From: Syntrophaceae bacterium UBA2188
GTDB taxonomy: Bacteria; Desulfobacterota; BSN033; UBA1163
NCBI GenBank assembly: GCA_002327985.1
Contig: DCVM01000181.1
Coordinates: 24,528-88,527, forward strand
DNA: 64,000 nt
Reading direction: 5' to 3'
Part shown: positions 29,016-38,840 of the stretch, in pieces
Position numbering within the stretch: the first letter of the stretch is position 1
Layout: each line of letters starts with the position of its first letter
Program-made: the position numbers and the translations under genes
The notes under the pieces: generated by a model
The model's input: the letters and a program-made list of their open reading frames with translations, nothing else
Databases searched by the model: none
What the model was told of the DNA's origin: nothing

Positions 29016-29828
29016 ATGCCTTCCACATTTTTCATCAACCCGCGGTCCAATCCGGAAATGAGGAGCTTAAACGAAATCATCCTGCTTCCTCAGCAGAACC
29101 GTCTCCAGGATTATTTTCTTGGAGTCATGGCAATTCTTTCGGATCACTTTTCAATCAGATATTCAGCTCTTTTCCTCAGAGACCCTCAAAAGGATTGGCT
29201 TCATTTGGAAGCTCTCTTTGGAATCGAAAATGAAATCCATCCTCTCTCTTGCCCCATCCATAAAGGGACGATAGGAAAAGTCCTGGAATCAAGGCGACCC
29301 ATGACGATCCAGAATTTAGGTCAAGAACCACTCTATGAAGAGATGATGAAGACCCAGAAACGGATGGAGAAGATCCAACCCCCTTTACTCTGTGTCCCTC
29401 TCACAACAGACAATGAGTCGTTGGGTGTTATTAATATGAATTCCCTCTATGGCCCCAGACATGAATTTATTGAGGATTTTCAGTTCCTCTCCATTCTCTC
29501 AGCCATCCTCTCTCCGGTGATTAAAAATTATCAAATGAAGAAGGTCGAACCTGTTTTAAAAGAAGGTAAACCCAAGGCAAAATCCCATCTATTGGATGAG
29601 ATCTTAGAACAGAAACTGGCCGAAGTTCTGAATAAAATTGATCCCTATGTGGAGACAAAGACTAAGATGGGTATTTTTGATGACATCATTAGAGTGGTGG
29701 AGAAAATTTTGATCCGGTCTGCCTTAGAGAGGGTAAACTATGTTCAAATGACGGCCTCCCAACTCTTAGGAATCAATCGAAACACCCTACGGAAGAAGAT
29801 GAAAGATCTAAAGATCAAACCGAAGTAG
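29016..29828 (+). CDS. GAF-domain transcriptional regulator with C-terminal Fis-type HTH
   Basis: 270 aa; C-terminal QMTASQLLGINRNTLRKKMKDLKI matches the Fis HTH; N-terminal GAF-like fold; no AAA+ sigma54 domain. Confidence 0.6.
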   Translation: MPSTFFINPRSNPEMRSLNEIILLPQQNRLQDYFLGVMAILSDHFSIRYSALFLRDPQKDWLHLEALFGIENEIHPLSCPIHKGTIGKVLESRRPMTIQNLGQEPLYEEMMKTQKRMEKIQPPLLCVPLTTDNESLGVINMNSLYGPRHEFIEDFQFLSILSAILSPVIKNYQMKKVEPVLKEGKPKAKSHLLDEILEQKLAEVLNKIDPYVETKTKMGIFDDIIRVVEKILIRSALERVNYVQMTASQLLGINRNTLRKKMKDLKIKPK

Positions 29829-29847
29829 CTAAATTGCGGATGGCGGA

Positions 29848-30621
29848 ATGGTGAGTGCGGAGCAAATTTCCGGAACCCGCATTCTCAATTCCGAAATCAG
29901 AATCCCCTTGCAATCCATCCTTTCAGAAGTCACAATTGAATCCATGACCGATCCCAAAGAAAACACAGAAAAGGTAAAAGCCTTATGCTATCAATGGGGA
30001 GCCTCTCTTTTTGGTGTGGCGGATCTTTCCACTTCCAAAAAAAAAGAAATTCTTCTTCCTCCTCTTTTCATCGATCAACTTCCCTACAGCATCTCGGTGG
30101 GATATCATCTTTCTGATGCCATCTTAGAAGAGATTCAAAATCATCCTACCCCCCTCTATTTTCACCACTATCAGAGGGTCAATATTCTTCTGGACACGAT
30201 CGGTTTGATCGTGACCTCAGCGATCCAACATCTTGGCTATCAAGCCATTCCCATCCCCGCCTCTCAAATCGTGGATTGGAAAACCCAACAGGGCCATCTC
30301 TCCCACAAACATATGGCGCAGGCTGCGGGATTGGGATGGATTGGCCGAAACAATCTTCTGGTCAATGAAACATTTGGATCCCGGATTCGACTGGTGACTA
30401 TCCTTACCGATCTCCCTCTTGTCACTGTCCTTCCCTCAATGAAAGACTGTGGTTCCTGTTACGATTGCCAGTCCGTTTGCCCTGTAGGGGCCATCCAGGA
30501 ACACCAGGAAGACTTCGATCATGTTCGATGTTACGAGCAATTGAGAACCTTTGCCAAAACCCTCCGTTTCAGCCATAATATCTGTGGTATCTGCGTAAAG
30601 GCCTGTAGAGGACAACATTAA
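29848..30621 (+). CDS. epoxyqueuosine reductase-like (QueG/DUF1730 family) 4Fe-4S protein, short form
   Basis: AAGLGWIGRNNLLVNETFGSRIRL ... CGSCYDCQSVCPVGAI matches the QueG core; lacks the C-terminal HEAT region (257 aa). Confidence 0.5.
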   Translation: MVSAEQISGTRILNSEIRIPLQSILSEVTIESMTDPKENTEKVKALCYQWGASLFGVADLSTSKKKEILLPPLFIDQLPYSISVGYHLSDAILEEIQNHPTPLYFHHYQRVNILLDTIGLIVTSAIQHLGYQAIPIPASQIVDWKTQQGHLSHKHMAQAAGLGWIGRNNLLVNETFGSRIRLVTILTDLPLVTVLPSMKDCGSCYDCQSVCPVGAIQEHQEDFDHVRCYEQLRTFAKTLRFSHNICGICVKACRGQH

Positions 30622-30625
30622 AATA

Positions 30626-30682
30626 GGATGGAATGTTGGAATATTGCCATTTCTATATTCCATTATTCCAATGTTCCAAATT
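30626..30682. repeat. GGAAT-rich inverted-repeat element (family copy B)
   Basis: ggatggaatgttggaatattgcc ... atattccattattccaatgttccaaat. Confidence 0.4.
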
Positions 30683-30713
30683 TCAGATACAAATACCATC
30701 CGAGTATAGTTCT

Positions 30714-32600
30714 ATGCGTCAATACTCCATTCAATTCCCGAGAGACTTCGATGTGATGGTGGTGGGCGGAGGGCATGCCGGAATTGAAGCCTCTCTGGCC
30801 TGTGCTCGAATGGGCCACCCTACCCTTCTCATCACTCAAAAAAAAGTACAGATAGGTTATATGTCCTGTAACCCCGCGGTGGGGGGGTTGGCCAAAGGCC
30901 ATCTGGTGAAGGAGATCGATGCAATGGGTGGAGAGATGGCAAAAGCCACGGACGAAACAGGAATCCAGTTCCGTCAATTGAATACCGGAAAAGGGCCTGC
31001 TGTCCGTTCCTCAAGAGCTCAGGTAGATCGCCAGGAATACCGACTTCGCATGAAAAGAACGGTTGAGAACCAGGAAAACCTTACCATTATGGAAGCGGCC
31101 GTTGAGGAAATTCTGGTAGAAGGAGATCAGATCATTGGTGTAAAAACAGACTCCAATGAAACCATGTACACAAAAGCTTTGATCCTTTCTCCCGGGACCT
31201 TTTTGAACGGCTTGATCCATATCGGTCTAACGCGCTTTTCTGCTGGCAGGATGGGGGATCCGCCCTCGGTCGGTTTATCCGAATCACTCCGAAGCCTGGG
31301 TTTTCGGATGGGAAGGCTCAAGACCGGAACCACTCCAAGACTCGATGGCAATACGATTGATTTCTCACAACTCACCCCCCAATACGGAGATGAGCCGCCT
31401 ATCCCTTTTTCTTTTTCAACCCCAAAGATCGATATCGCCCAAGTCCCCTGCTATATCACCTATACGAATCCTACCACTCATGAGATCATTAAAAGCGGTC
31501 TCGACCGATCCCCTCTTTACTGTGGCATCATTAAAGGGATTGGCCCACGATATTGTCCCTCCATCGAGGATAAGGTCGTCCGTTTCGAAGATAAAAAAAG
31601 ACACCAGATCTTTTTAGAACCGGATGGCCAAAATACCACTGAGGTTTATCCCAACGGGATCCCCACCAGCCTCCCTTTGGATATTCAGATGAGAATGCTG
31701 AGGTCGATCAAGGGCCTTGAAGAAGTGGAGATCCTCCGGCCGGGTTATGCCATCGAATACGATTTTGTCGACCCCACCGAACTCAAACCTTCCCTTGAAA
31801 CAAAAAAGATCAGGGGACTCTTCCACGCCGGACAGATTAACGGAACATCGGGTTATGAAGAGGCAGCCGCCCAGGGTTTAATGGCTGGGGTGAATGCCTC
31901 GCTGATGATTCGAGGGAAGGAACCTCTTATCTTGAAACGTTCCGATGCCTATATCGGAGTCTTGGTCGATGACTTGGTCACCAAAGGCACTGCTGAACCT
32001 TATCGAATGTTCACCTCCCGGGCCGAATACCGTCTCCATTTAAGAGAAGACAATGCAGACCTGAGATTGAGAGAGAAAGGATATAAAGTGGGATTAGTGA
32101 AAAAAGAGGATTTTCAAATCTTTCTGGAGAAAAAAGGGGCCATTGAAAAAGCCTTCTCTCGAATCACAGAGGTCAGAATCAATCCAACAAAGGAAAATAA
32201 CGAAATACTCCACCAATGGAAAAGTACTCCTTTGAAAAAAGATGCTTCCCTCCAAGAAATATTGAAGAGACCCGAAATTCATTTCAAACATCTCCTTGCC
32301 TTTGATCGAAATCTCAAAAGTCTTCCAGAAACCGTGCAGGATCAGATTGAAATTCAGGTAAAATATGAGGGTTATATCAAAAGGCAACTGGAGCAGATTA
32401 AACGGTTTAAAAGATTGGAAGAGGTAACCTTCCCGGAAGGATTTGATTTTGGCTCTGTGATCGGATTCTCCACAGAGGTGATGGAAAAACTGAAGAAAAT
32501 AAAACCTTACTCCCTGGGCCAGGCCTCGAGAATCTCTGGGGTCACTCCTGCCGCTATTTCCATCCTCATGGTCAACCTGAAGAAACAGGGTTATCTATAA
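30714..32600 (+). CDS. mnmG: tRNA uridine 5-carboxymethylaminomethyl modification enzyme MnmG (GidA)
   Basis: [23 protein letters not shown] dinucleotide-binding N-terminus, [11 protein letters not shown] motif. Start moved to ATG 30714, because ORF-track start 30633 reads through the repeat element. Confidence 0.9.
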   Translation: MRQYSIQFPRDFDVMVVGGGHAGIEASLACARMGHPTLLITQKKVQIGYMSCNPAVGGLAKGHLVKEIDAMGGEMAKATDETGIQFRQLNTGKGPAVRSSRAQVDRQEYRLRMKRTVENQENLTIMEAAVEEILVEGDQIIGVKTDSNETMYTKALILSPGTFLNGLIHIGLTRFSAGRMGDPPSVGLSESLRSLGFRMGRLKTGTTPRLDGNTIDFSQLTPQYGDEPPIPFSFSTPKIDIAQVPCYITYTNPTTHEIIKSGLDRSPLYCGIIKGIGPRYCPSIEDKVVRFEDKKRHQIFLEPDGQNTTEVYPNGIPTSLPLDIQMRMLRSIKGLEEVEILRPGYAIEYDFVDPTELKPSLETKKIRGLFHAGQINGTSGYEEAAAQGLMAGVNASLMIRGKEPLILKRSDAYIGVLVDDLVTKGTAEPYRMFTSRAEYRLHLREDNADLRLREKGYKVGLVKKEDFQIFLEKKGAIEKAFSRITEVRINPTKENNEILHQWKSTPLKKDASLQEILKRPEIHFKHLLAFDRNLKSLPETVQDQIEIQVKYEGYIKRQLEQIKRFKRLEEVTFPEGFDFGSVIGFSTEVMEKLKKIKPYSLGQASRISGVTPAAISILMVNLKKQGYL

Positions 32601-32759
32601 AAATCTCACCTTGCTTTATCATCTGCTGTTTACGAGGTCGAGTCATAGGATTCTATTTTTTGGAAACCTAAATTCCTTATTGGATTGTTCCATCATTTTT
32701 CCCTTCACCTTCCAGACAAAGTGACGAACCATCAGATGGATTTCCACTTCTTGGATCTT

Positions 32760-33185
32760 CTATTTGATAGGCCATTCCCCTCTTTCTTTCAGGACATCCC
32801 GGTAAACATGAAGTGCCTCATTCACAGCAGGCATGCCTGCATAAGGAGCCAGTTGGAAAAAAATCTCAGCAATTTTTCTTGGGTCACAGCCGACATTCAA
32901 CGCTGCATTCACGTGGAGTTTCAATTCATCCGTGGCGCGTAGTGCTGAGAGTATGGCGCATGCCACCATCTGCCTTTCGGGGAGCGTCAATACCGTTCTG
33001 GAATAGAGCTTACCGGTAATAAACAGGGATAAATCGTTGGCCAGGTCTCTGTCAAATTCTTTCCACATCAAATAAGGGGGATCCATTTTGATTCCCTTGC
33101 CAAACAGTTGCTGGGCTGTCTCTTGAGTCTTTTTTCTTAATTCGTCATCCACGGGTGGAGTCCTCCTGTCATCATTCTTATCCAT
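32760..33185 (-). CDS. carboxymuconolactone decarboxylase (AhpD-like) family protein
   Basis: 141 aa; CMD-family motif FFQLAPYAGMPAVNEALHV. Confidence 0.65.
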   Translation of the reverse strand: MDKNDDRRTPPVDDELRKKTQETAQQLFGKGIKMDPPYLMWKEFDRDLANDLSLFITGKLYSRTVLTLPERQMVACAILSALRATDELKLHVNAALNVGCDPRKIAEIFFQLAPYAGMPAVNEALHVYRDVLKERGEWPIK

Positions 33186-33191
33186 CAGAGA

Positions 33192-34475
33192 TTAAAGTCT
33201 CTTAAAGGCGGCATCACAGGCTTCAATGGTTCTGTCTAAATCTTTCTGAGTATGAGCCAGGGAAATGAACCAGGCCTCGAACTGGGAGGGAGGAAGATAG
33301 ATCCCTTGTTTCATCATTTCGATGAAGAATTGGGCAAATCGTTTTGGATTACTCGTCTTGGCAGTTCGATAATCCCTGACCGGACCTTCTGTAAAGAATA
33401 GAGTAAACAATCCTGTCGCCTGATTGATGGTGAAAGGGAGACCCCTCTCTTCCGCACACTCGGCAATTTTCTCTGTTAAATATAAAGTCTTTTTTCCCAA
33501 ATCCTGATAAACCTTCTTTGCCCTTAAGAGCTCCAGCGTTGTAATCCCCGCAGTCATGGCCAGAGGATTCCCAGAAAGCGTCCCTGCCTGATAGACCCCC
33601 CCGAGAGGGGAAACTTTATCCATCATCGCTCTCTTCCCGCCATAGGCTCCTACTGGAAGACCGCCCCCGATGATCTTCCCGAGGCAAGTCATATCCGCTT
33701 TGATTTTGTAAATCTCTTGGGCACCTCCATAGGCGGTCCGGAATCCAGAAATGACCTCGTCAAAAATGAGAACGATTCCTCTCTCGTCGCAAATCTTTCT
33801 CAATCCTTCCAAAAATCCCCTTTCAGGGAGCACCACCCCCATATTCCCTGCAATGGGTTCTACAATAACGCAGGCAATCTGTTCTGGATATTGACTGACC
33901 AGAATTTTTACACTTTCCAGGTCATTATAGGTTGCGGTCTGGGTATGTTTCGCCAAATCCTCTGGAATGCCGAGGCTATCAGGGATACCGAAAGTGGTCG
34001 CACCCGAACCTGCCTTAACGAGCAAACTGTCCCCATGGCCATGATAGCATCCTTCAAATTTGATAACGTTAGGCCTTCCTGTGTAACCTCTGGCCACCCG
34101 AATCGCACTCATGACCGCTTCGGTGCCGGAGCTGACCATCCTCACTAATTCCATGGAAGGGAAAGCCTTCTTCACTTTGCTGGCAAGCTCCACTTCCAGA
34201 GGAGTGGGAGCACCATAACTCGTTCCTTTGGGAAGGGCCTTTTTGAGTGCTGCCACAATCTTCGGGTGGGCATGACCCAAGATCATCGGTCCCCATGACC
34301 CCACGTAATCGATATATTCATGACCATCTACATCGAATATTTTTGACCCTTTCGCCCGTTCAATAAAACTGGGGGGAACGCCAATGGCCTGAAAAGCCCT
34401 GACGGGGCTGTTGACTCCCCCCGGAATGACTTCCAATGCCCGATGATAGAGTCCAATCGATTTCTTTCTCCCCAT
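33192..34475 (-). CDS. hemL: glutamate-1-semialdehyde 2,1-aminomutase
   Basis: VIPGGVNSPVRAF, PLP-Lys region. Start set at MGRKKS (ATG 34475, RBS GAGGAG 6 nt upstream), because the track ORF is N-terminally over-extended. Confidence 0.85.
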   Translation of the reverse strand: MGRKKSIGLYHRALEVIPGGVNSPVRAFQAIGVPPSFIERAKGSKIFDVDGHEYIDYVGSWGPMILGHAHPKIVAALKKALPKGTSYGAPTPLEVELASKVKKAFPSMELVRMVSSGTEAVMSAIRVARGYTGRPNVIKFEGCYHGHGDSLLVKAGSGATTFGIPDSLGIPEDLAKHTQTATYNDLESVKILVSQYPEQIACVIVEPIAGNMGVVLPERGFLEGLRKICDERGIVLIFDEVISGFRTAYGGAQEIYKIKADMTCLGKIIGGGLPVGAYGGKRAMMDKVSPLGGVYQAGTLSGNPLAMTAGITTLELLRAKKVYQDLGKKTLYLTEKIAECAEERGLPFTINQATGLFTLFFTEGPVRDYRTAKTSNPKRFAQFFIEMMKQGIYLPPSQFEAWFISLAHTQKDLDRTIEACDAAFKRL

Positions 34476-34489
34476 CTCTAATCTCCTCA

Positions 34490-35251
34490 TCATTCCTCGG
34501 CGACCACATGATTGCTGAGAGATCCGATCCCTTCGATCACTACCTCGACCTGATCGCCAATGGCCATCGGACCGATTCCAGAAGGTGTTCCTGTAGCAAT
34601 CACATCTCCTGGCAGAAGCGTCATGACCCGTGAGATGAAGCTCACTAATTGATGGCAACCAAAAATGAGGTTCTTGGTATTCGAATGCTGGCGTTTTTCT
34701 CCATTCAGATAACTGGATATGTCTAAATGGTGGGGGTCAATATCTGTGACAATCCAGGGACCCATCGGTGAGAACGTATCGAATCCCTTCGACAATGTCC
34801 ACTGACCGTCCTTGGGTTGCAAATCTCTGGCGGTCACATCATTTAAACAGGTATATCCAAGGATATAATCCGTTGCCCTCTCCTCCGAAACTCCTTTTGC
34901 CAATTTTCCGATCACCACGGCCAACTCAGCTTCGTAATCAACCCTTTTCGACATCTTCGGATAAATAATGGCTTCTCCCGGTCCGATGACGGAGGTAGAC
35001 GGTTTGATAAAAAGAAGGGGTTTGTCAGGAATGGGCAATTTCACTTCTTCAGCATGGTCCCGATAATTTAATCCCAGGGCAACAATCTTTGAAGGAAGGC
35101 AGGGAGAGAGAAGTTTTCCCTCTCCTATTTTTTTCATCTTGGACGTCAGATGAAAATGCCCGAAGGGATCGTCCTCCATTTCACGAATGGAATCCCCCTC
35201 AATCACCCCATATTTAACCAATGACCCATCCTGATACCGAACGATCTTCAT
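34490..35251 (-). CDS. fumarylacetoacetate hydrolase (FAH) family protein
   Basis: KIVALGLNYRDHAEE ... DYEAELAVVIGK metal-binding motifs; start at MKIVRYQDG. Confidence 0.7.
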   Translation of the reverse strand: MKIVRYQDGSLVKYGVIEGDSIREMEDDPFGHFHLTSKMKKIGEGKLLSPCLPSKIVALGLNYRDHAEEVKLPIPDKPLLFIKPSTSVIGPGEAIIYPKMSKRVDYEAELAVVIGKLAKGVSEERATDYILGYTCLNDVTARDLQPKDGQWTLSKGFDTFSPMGPWIVTDIDPHHLDISSYLNGEKRQHSNTKNLIFGCHQLVSFISRVMTLLPGDVIATGTPSGIGPMAIGDQVEVVIEGIGSLSNHVVAEE

Positions 35252-35447
35252 TCTGTAGCTCCTCAAACTTCTTAAGAATAGAATCTTTTTGAATACCCAA
35301 TGACCAAATCCCAAGCTCCAGATAAATCTCAATTACCAATCTCCAAATAACCAAAAGGGAAATTTAAATTTAAGGGTCTCTCTTTCTCCACTTCGGTCAT
35401 TGGAACCTTGGTAATTATTTGATGATTGGTGCTTGGTTATTGGTAAT

Positions 35448-36257
35448 TCATCCCTTCTTCAACCCCAACACATCCTGCATATCGTAAAGACCATTGGGCT
35501 GGTTCACCACCCAGAGGGCTGCCCGAACTGCTCCCCGTGCAAAATTATCACGACTGTGCGCCCGGTGAATGATCTCCAATCGTTCGCCAATCCCCCCGAA
35601 GAGTACCGTGTGTTCTCCCACAATATCTCCAGCGCGGATCACCTGCATTCCGATCTCTTCTCTCGTCCTCTCACCGATCATCCCTTTCCGTCCATAGATT
35701 CCCACCTGACTAAAATCCCGACCGATGGCCTTGGCGACCAGTTCTCCCAATTTCGCCGCCGTGCCGCTTGGCGAATCTTTTTTCAGACGGTGATGGGCCT
35801 CAAAAATTTCTATGTCATATTCCGGGCCTAACACTTGAGCCACCTCCTGGACAATCCTGAACATGACATTCACCCCGACACTCATATTGGGTGAGAAAAC
35901 ACATCGAATGCTTTTTGATAGATCCTTGATCTTCTCCACCTGCTCCGGACTCAAACCCGTCGTTCCGATGACAATGGCCGAACCTGTCTCTTTGGCAAAC
36001 TCCAGATTCTCCAGGGAGGTTTTTGGATTGGTAAAGTTGATGAGGACATCCCCCCCGGTTTGCTTCAATTCTCCTTCCAATGGAAGGTTCATCCTTCCCA
36101 GTCCAACGACTTCTCCAATATCTTTTCCAATGGATGGATGATCGGGTCTCTCAATGGCTCGGTAAAGGGAAATCGAAGGGGTTTCATGAATGACATGAAT
36201 AATGCGACTTCCCATTTTCCCAGCGGCTCCTACGACAACAGCCTTGATCTCTTTCAT
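35448..36257 (-). CDS. dapB: 4-hydroxy-tetrahydrodipicolinate reductase
   Basis: MKEIKAVVVGAAGKMGSRI N-terminus with RBS GGGAGGAGG 7 nt upstream; EAHHRLKKDSPSGTA active-site motif. Confidence 0.85.
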   Translation of the reverse strand: MKEIKAVVVGAAGKMGSRIIHVIHETPSISLYRAIERPDHPSIGKDIGEVVGLGRMNLPLEGELKQTGGDVLINFTNPKTSLENLEFAKETGSAIVIGTTGLSPEQVEKIKDLSKSIRCVFSPNMSVGVNVMFRIVQEVAQVLGPEYDIEIFEAHHRLKKDSPSGTAAKLGELVAKAIGRDFSQVGIYGRKGMIGERTREEIGMQVIRAGDIVGEHTVLFGGIGERLEIIHRAHSRDNFARGAVRAALWVVNQPNGLYDMQDVLGLKKG

Positions 36258-37075
36258 TGATAAGCCTCCTCCCACATCTCAGCTTCATAAATGATGTGGA
36301 CATCTCCTTCAAAAAAAACTTTTTTGACTTCCCTCCCTTCAATTTCATAATACACGTTTAAAACCTCACCCCCCCTTGTCCGGACGGATACCGGAGAATT
36401 GACCCGTCCCTTGAAGGCGGCCACTAACGCCGAAGCCACTGCCCCTGTCCCGCAGGCTAAGGTCTCATCCTCCACGCCACGTTCGTAGGTTCGGATGGAT
36501 AATTCGGAATCCCGGTCAAGCCTAACGAAATTGGCATTCGTTCCATGAGGTGAAAAATGAGAATGAAATCGAATGGCCCTTCCGATTGGGATGATATCCA
36601 ATCCTTCAAGGTCTTCCACAAAGAGAACGGCATGGGGGACGCCTGTATTAATGCTTGAGATAATTTTTTGCTCCTCTTCGACGAAAATCGTTTTGTCAAG
36701 TTTCAGACCAAAAGGTTTGGTCATCTCAAGTTTCACCCTTTTCCCATCCACCTGGGCAGAGAGGATTCCGGCAAGGGTCTCAAATTTCAGGGAAGAACCT
36801 GCGATCCCCTTTAAGCAGGCAAAGCGGGCGACACATCGGCCTCCGTTACCGCACATCTCTGCTTCGCTTCCATCCGCATTAAAGAAGCGCCATTTGAAAT
36901 CGGCCTTCTCTGATGGCTCGATCAGGATGAGACCATCCGCACCCACAGAGATCCTTCGACGACAGACCTTCCGAATGAAGTCTTTTAAATGACCCTCTTT
37001 CAGAAAGGGTTCTCGATGATCGATGAGGATGAAGTCGTTTCCGCTCCCGCTCATCTTCATAAAAGAAATCTTCAT
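36254..37075 (-). CDS. dapF: diaminopimelate epimerase
   Basis: FMKMSGSGNDFILID, catalytic Cys motifs EMCGNGGRC and ACGTGAVAS. Confidence 0.85.
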   Translation of the reverse strand: MKISFMKMSGSGNDFILIDHREPFLKEGHLKDFIRKVCRRRISVGADGLILIEPSEKADFKWRFFNADGSEAEMCGNGGRCVARFACLKGIAGSSLKFETLAGILSAQVDGKRVKLEMTKPFGLKLDKTIFVEEEQKIISSINTGVPHAVLFVEDLEGLDIIPIGRAIRFHSHFSPHGTNANFVRLDRDSELSIRTYERGVEDETLACGTGAVASALVAAFKGRVNSPVSVRTRGGEVLNVYYEIEGREVKKVFFEGDVHIIYEAEMWEEAYQ

Positions 37076-37236
37076 CGTGCTTCTAATTCTCCAATCACAA
37101 AGTATTTCCCTCCCCCTTTGGAGACTGTGTCATCATTGTAAGCAAAGAGGGAGAGGCAGTCAGGTTCCAAAGATTTAGAACGCGGGTCTTTTAGATGATG
37201 GGAAATCGTGGCTTTTATCAAATCGAATGTTTTCAT
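37072..37236 (-). CDS. candidate 54-aa ORF translationally coupled to dapF
   Basis: ATG ... TGA with ATGA overlap onto the dapF start; translation MKTFDLIKATISHHLKDPRSKSLEPDCLSLFAYNDDTVSKGGGKYFVIGELEAR; below the ORF-track size cutoff. Confidence 0.3.
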   Translation of the reverse strand: MKTFDLIKATISHHLKDPRSKSLEPDCLSLFAYNDDTVSKGGGKYFVIGELEAR

Positions 37237-37354
37237 ACGGTTGGCACGCCTGAGTCCGAACGCTTAAAGGTTACCGCTCTAAATCTTTTTCACCCGATTA
37301 CCTCTCCCTCTCTTCAAAGGGTCGGTTTATTTATATTACGACATAGTCTCTTGA

Positions 37355-37432
37355 TGGGGGAGGGTTAGGGAGGGGGTGATTAGGTCCCCCCCTCCCCTTC
37401 ATCCCCTCCCGCCAGGGGAGGGGAAATTTTTT
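37355..37432. repeat. GC-rich hairpin repeat element (family copy c), with terminator-like hairpin on + strand
   Basis: ttgatgggggagggttagggaggggg ... cccccctcccc ... cccctccc-gcca-ggggaggg then aaatttttt. Confidence 0.45.
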
Positions 37433-37517
37433 GCTGACATGAGAATTTTAGTTGTTTGTAATATTTGTATTTTGGCCATTTACCCTTACTTCGAATTTCG
37501 TGCTTCGAATTTAAAAA

Positions 37518-38780
37518 TTATTTTTTGATTAAAAACTCCGGAATGACTTCTCCCCGGATGAGATCTTCATAACCTTCTCTTTGGCGGATCACAAACATCT
37601 GGTCATTCCGAACAAGAACTTCAGCCACTCTGGGTCTGGAATTATAGTTGGTGGACATGGAAAACCCGTAAGCCCCAGCACTCATCACGGCAATCAGTTC
37701 CCCAGCACCGAGGTTTTGAATCTTTCGGCCTTTGGCTAAAAAGTCGCTCGACTCGCAGATGGGCCCCACCACATCAGCCAAAATCTCCTCCCGAATTTCT
37801 TCCTTGACAGGAAGAATCTGATGATAGGACCCGTAATAGCTGGGCCGAACCAAATCGTTCATGCCCGCATCCACAATCATGAATCGCTTTTCTTCATTCT
37901 CTTTCGTATAGAGAACTTTTGAAACTAAGACTCCTGCATTTCCGACGATCACACGGCCTGGTTCTAAAATGAGCGTGCAACCGAATCCCCGAACCTCCTC
38001 AAGGATGGTGGAGGCATATTCTATGGGATGGGGAGGCTCTTCATCCTCATAAGTAATCCCAAGGCCACCCCCCAAATCCAAATATTGAATCTCCATCTCT
38101 TCCTTTCTCAACCTTTCCACCAACTCCTTCAGTTTTCTCAGTGCCTGGATAATCGGCTCAACCTCAACCAGTTGGGATCCAATATGGCAATCTATTCCTA
38201 TAATCTTTAGGTTGGGCAATTGAGAGGCAAGACGGTAAGCCATGGGTGCCCGAAGGATATCAATCCCAAATTTATTCTGCTTCAACCCCGTTGAGATATA
38301 GGGGTGTGTCTTGGGATCAATATCAGGGTTGACACGGATAGAGATAGGAGCTTTTTTGCCAATTCGGCCCGCTACCTCATTGATCGTCTGAAGCTCCTGA
38401 GAAGATTCTACATTGAACATAAGAATCCCCGCTCTCAGGGCATCCCCAATCTCATCTTCTCTTTTCCCAACTCCTGAAAATACAATTTTTTGTGGATCCG
38501 CTCCACCTCTGAGGGCCCGGTAGAGTTCGCCTCCGGAAACCACGTCCACCCCTCCCCCCAAGTTGACGAAGAGACGGAGAAGGGCAAGATTGGAATTGGC
38601 CTTAACTGAATAACAGATGAGATGAGGGATTCCTTTGAAAGCCTCATCGAACACGGTGAAATGTCTGACCAGGGTATGATAGCTGTATAGATAGAAGGGG
38701 GTGCCCACTTTTTTAGCAATCTCTTGAATAGGGATCCCCTCACAGTGAAGTTGACGATTCTTATACTCAAAAAAATGCAT
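37518..38780 (-). CDS. lysA: diaminopimelate decarboxylase
   Basis: 420 aa; PLP fold type III motifs (YSVKANSNLALL, EPGR, CESSD). Confidence 0.85.
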   Translation of the reverse strand: MHFFEYKNRQLHCEGIPIQEIAKKVGTPFYLYSYHTLVRHFTVFDEAFKGIPHLICYSVKANSNLALLRLFVNLGGGVDVVSGGELYRALRGGADPQKIVFSGVGKREDEIGDALRAGILMFNVESSQELQTINEVAGRIGKKAPISIRVNPDIDPKTHPYISTGLKQNKFGIDILRAPMAYRLASQLPNLKIIGIDCHIGSQLVEVEPIIQALRKLKELVERLRKEEMEIQYLDLGGGLGITYEDEEPPHPIEYASTILEEVRGFGCTLILEPGRVIVGNAGVLVSKVLYTKENEEKRFMIVDAGMNDLVRPSYYGSYHQILPVKEEIREEILADVVGPICESSDFLAKGRKIQNLGAGELIAVMSAGAYGFSMSTNYNSRPRVAEVLVRNDQMFVIRQREGYEDLIRGEVIPEFLIKK

Positions 38781-38840
38781 CTTTCCTCTCTTTCAGCTCA
38801 AAATAATGAATTCGCAACCCAAAACTTTGAACTCCAAACT

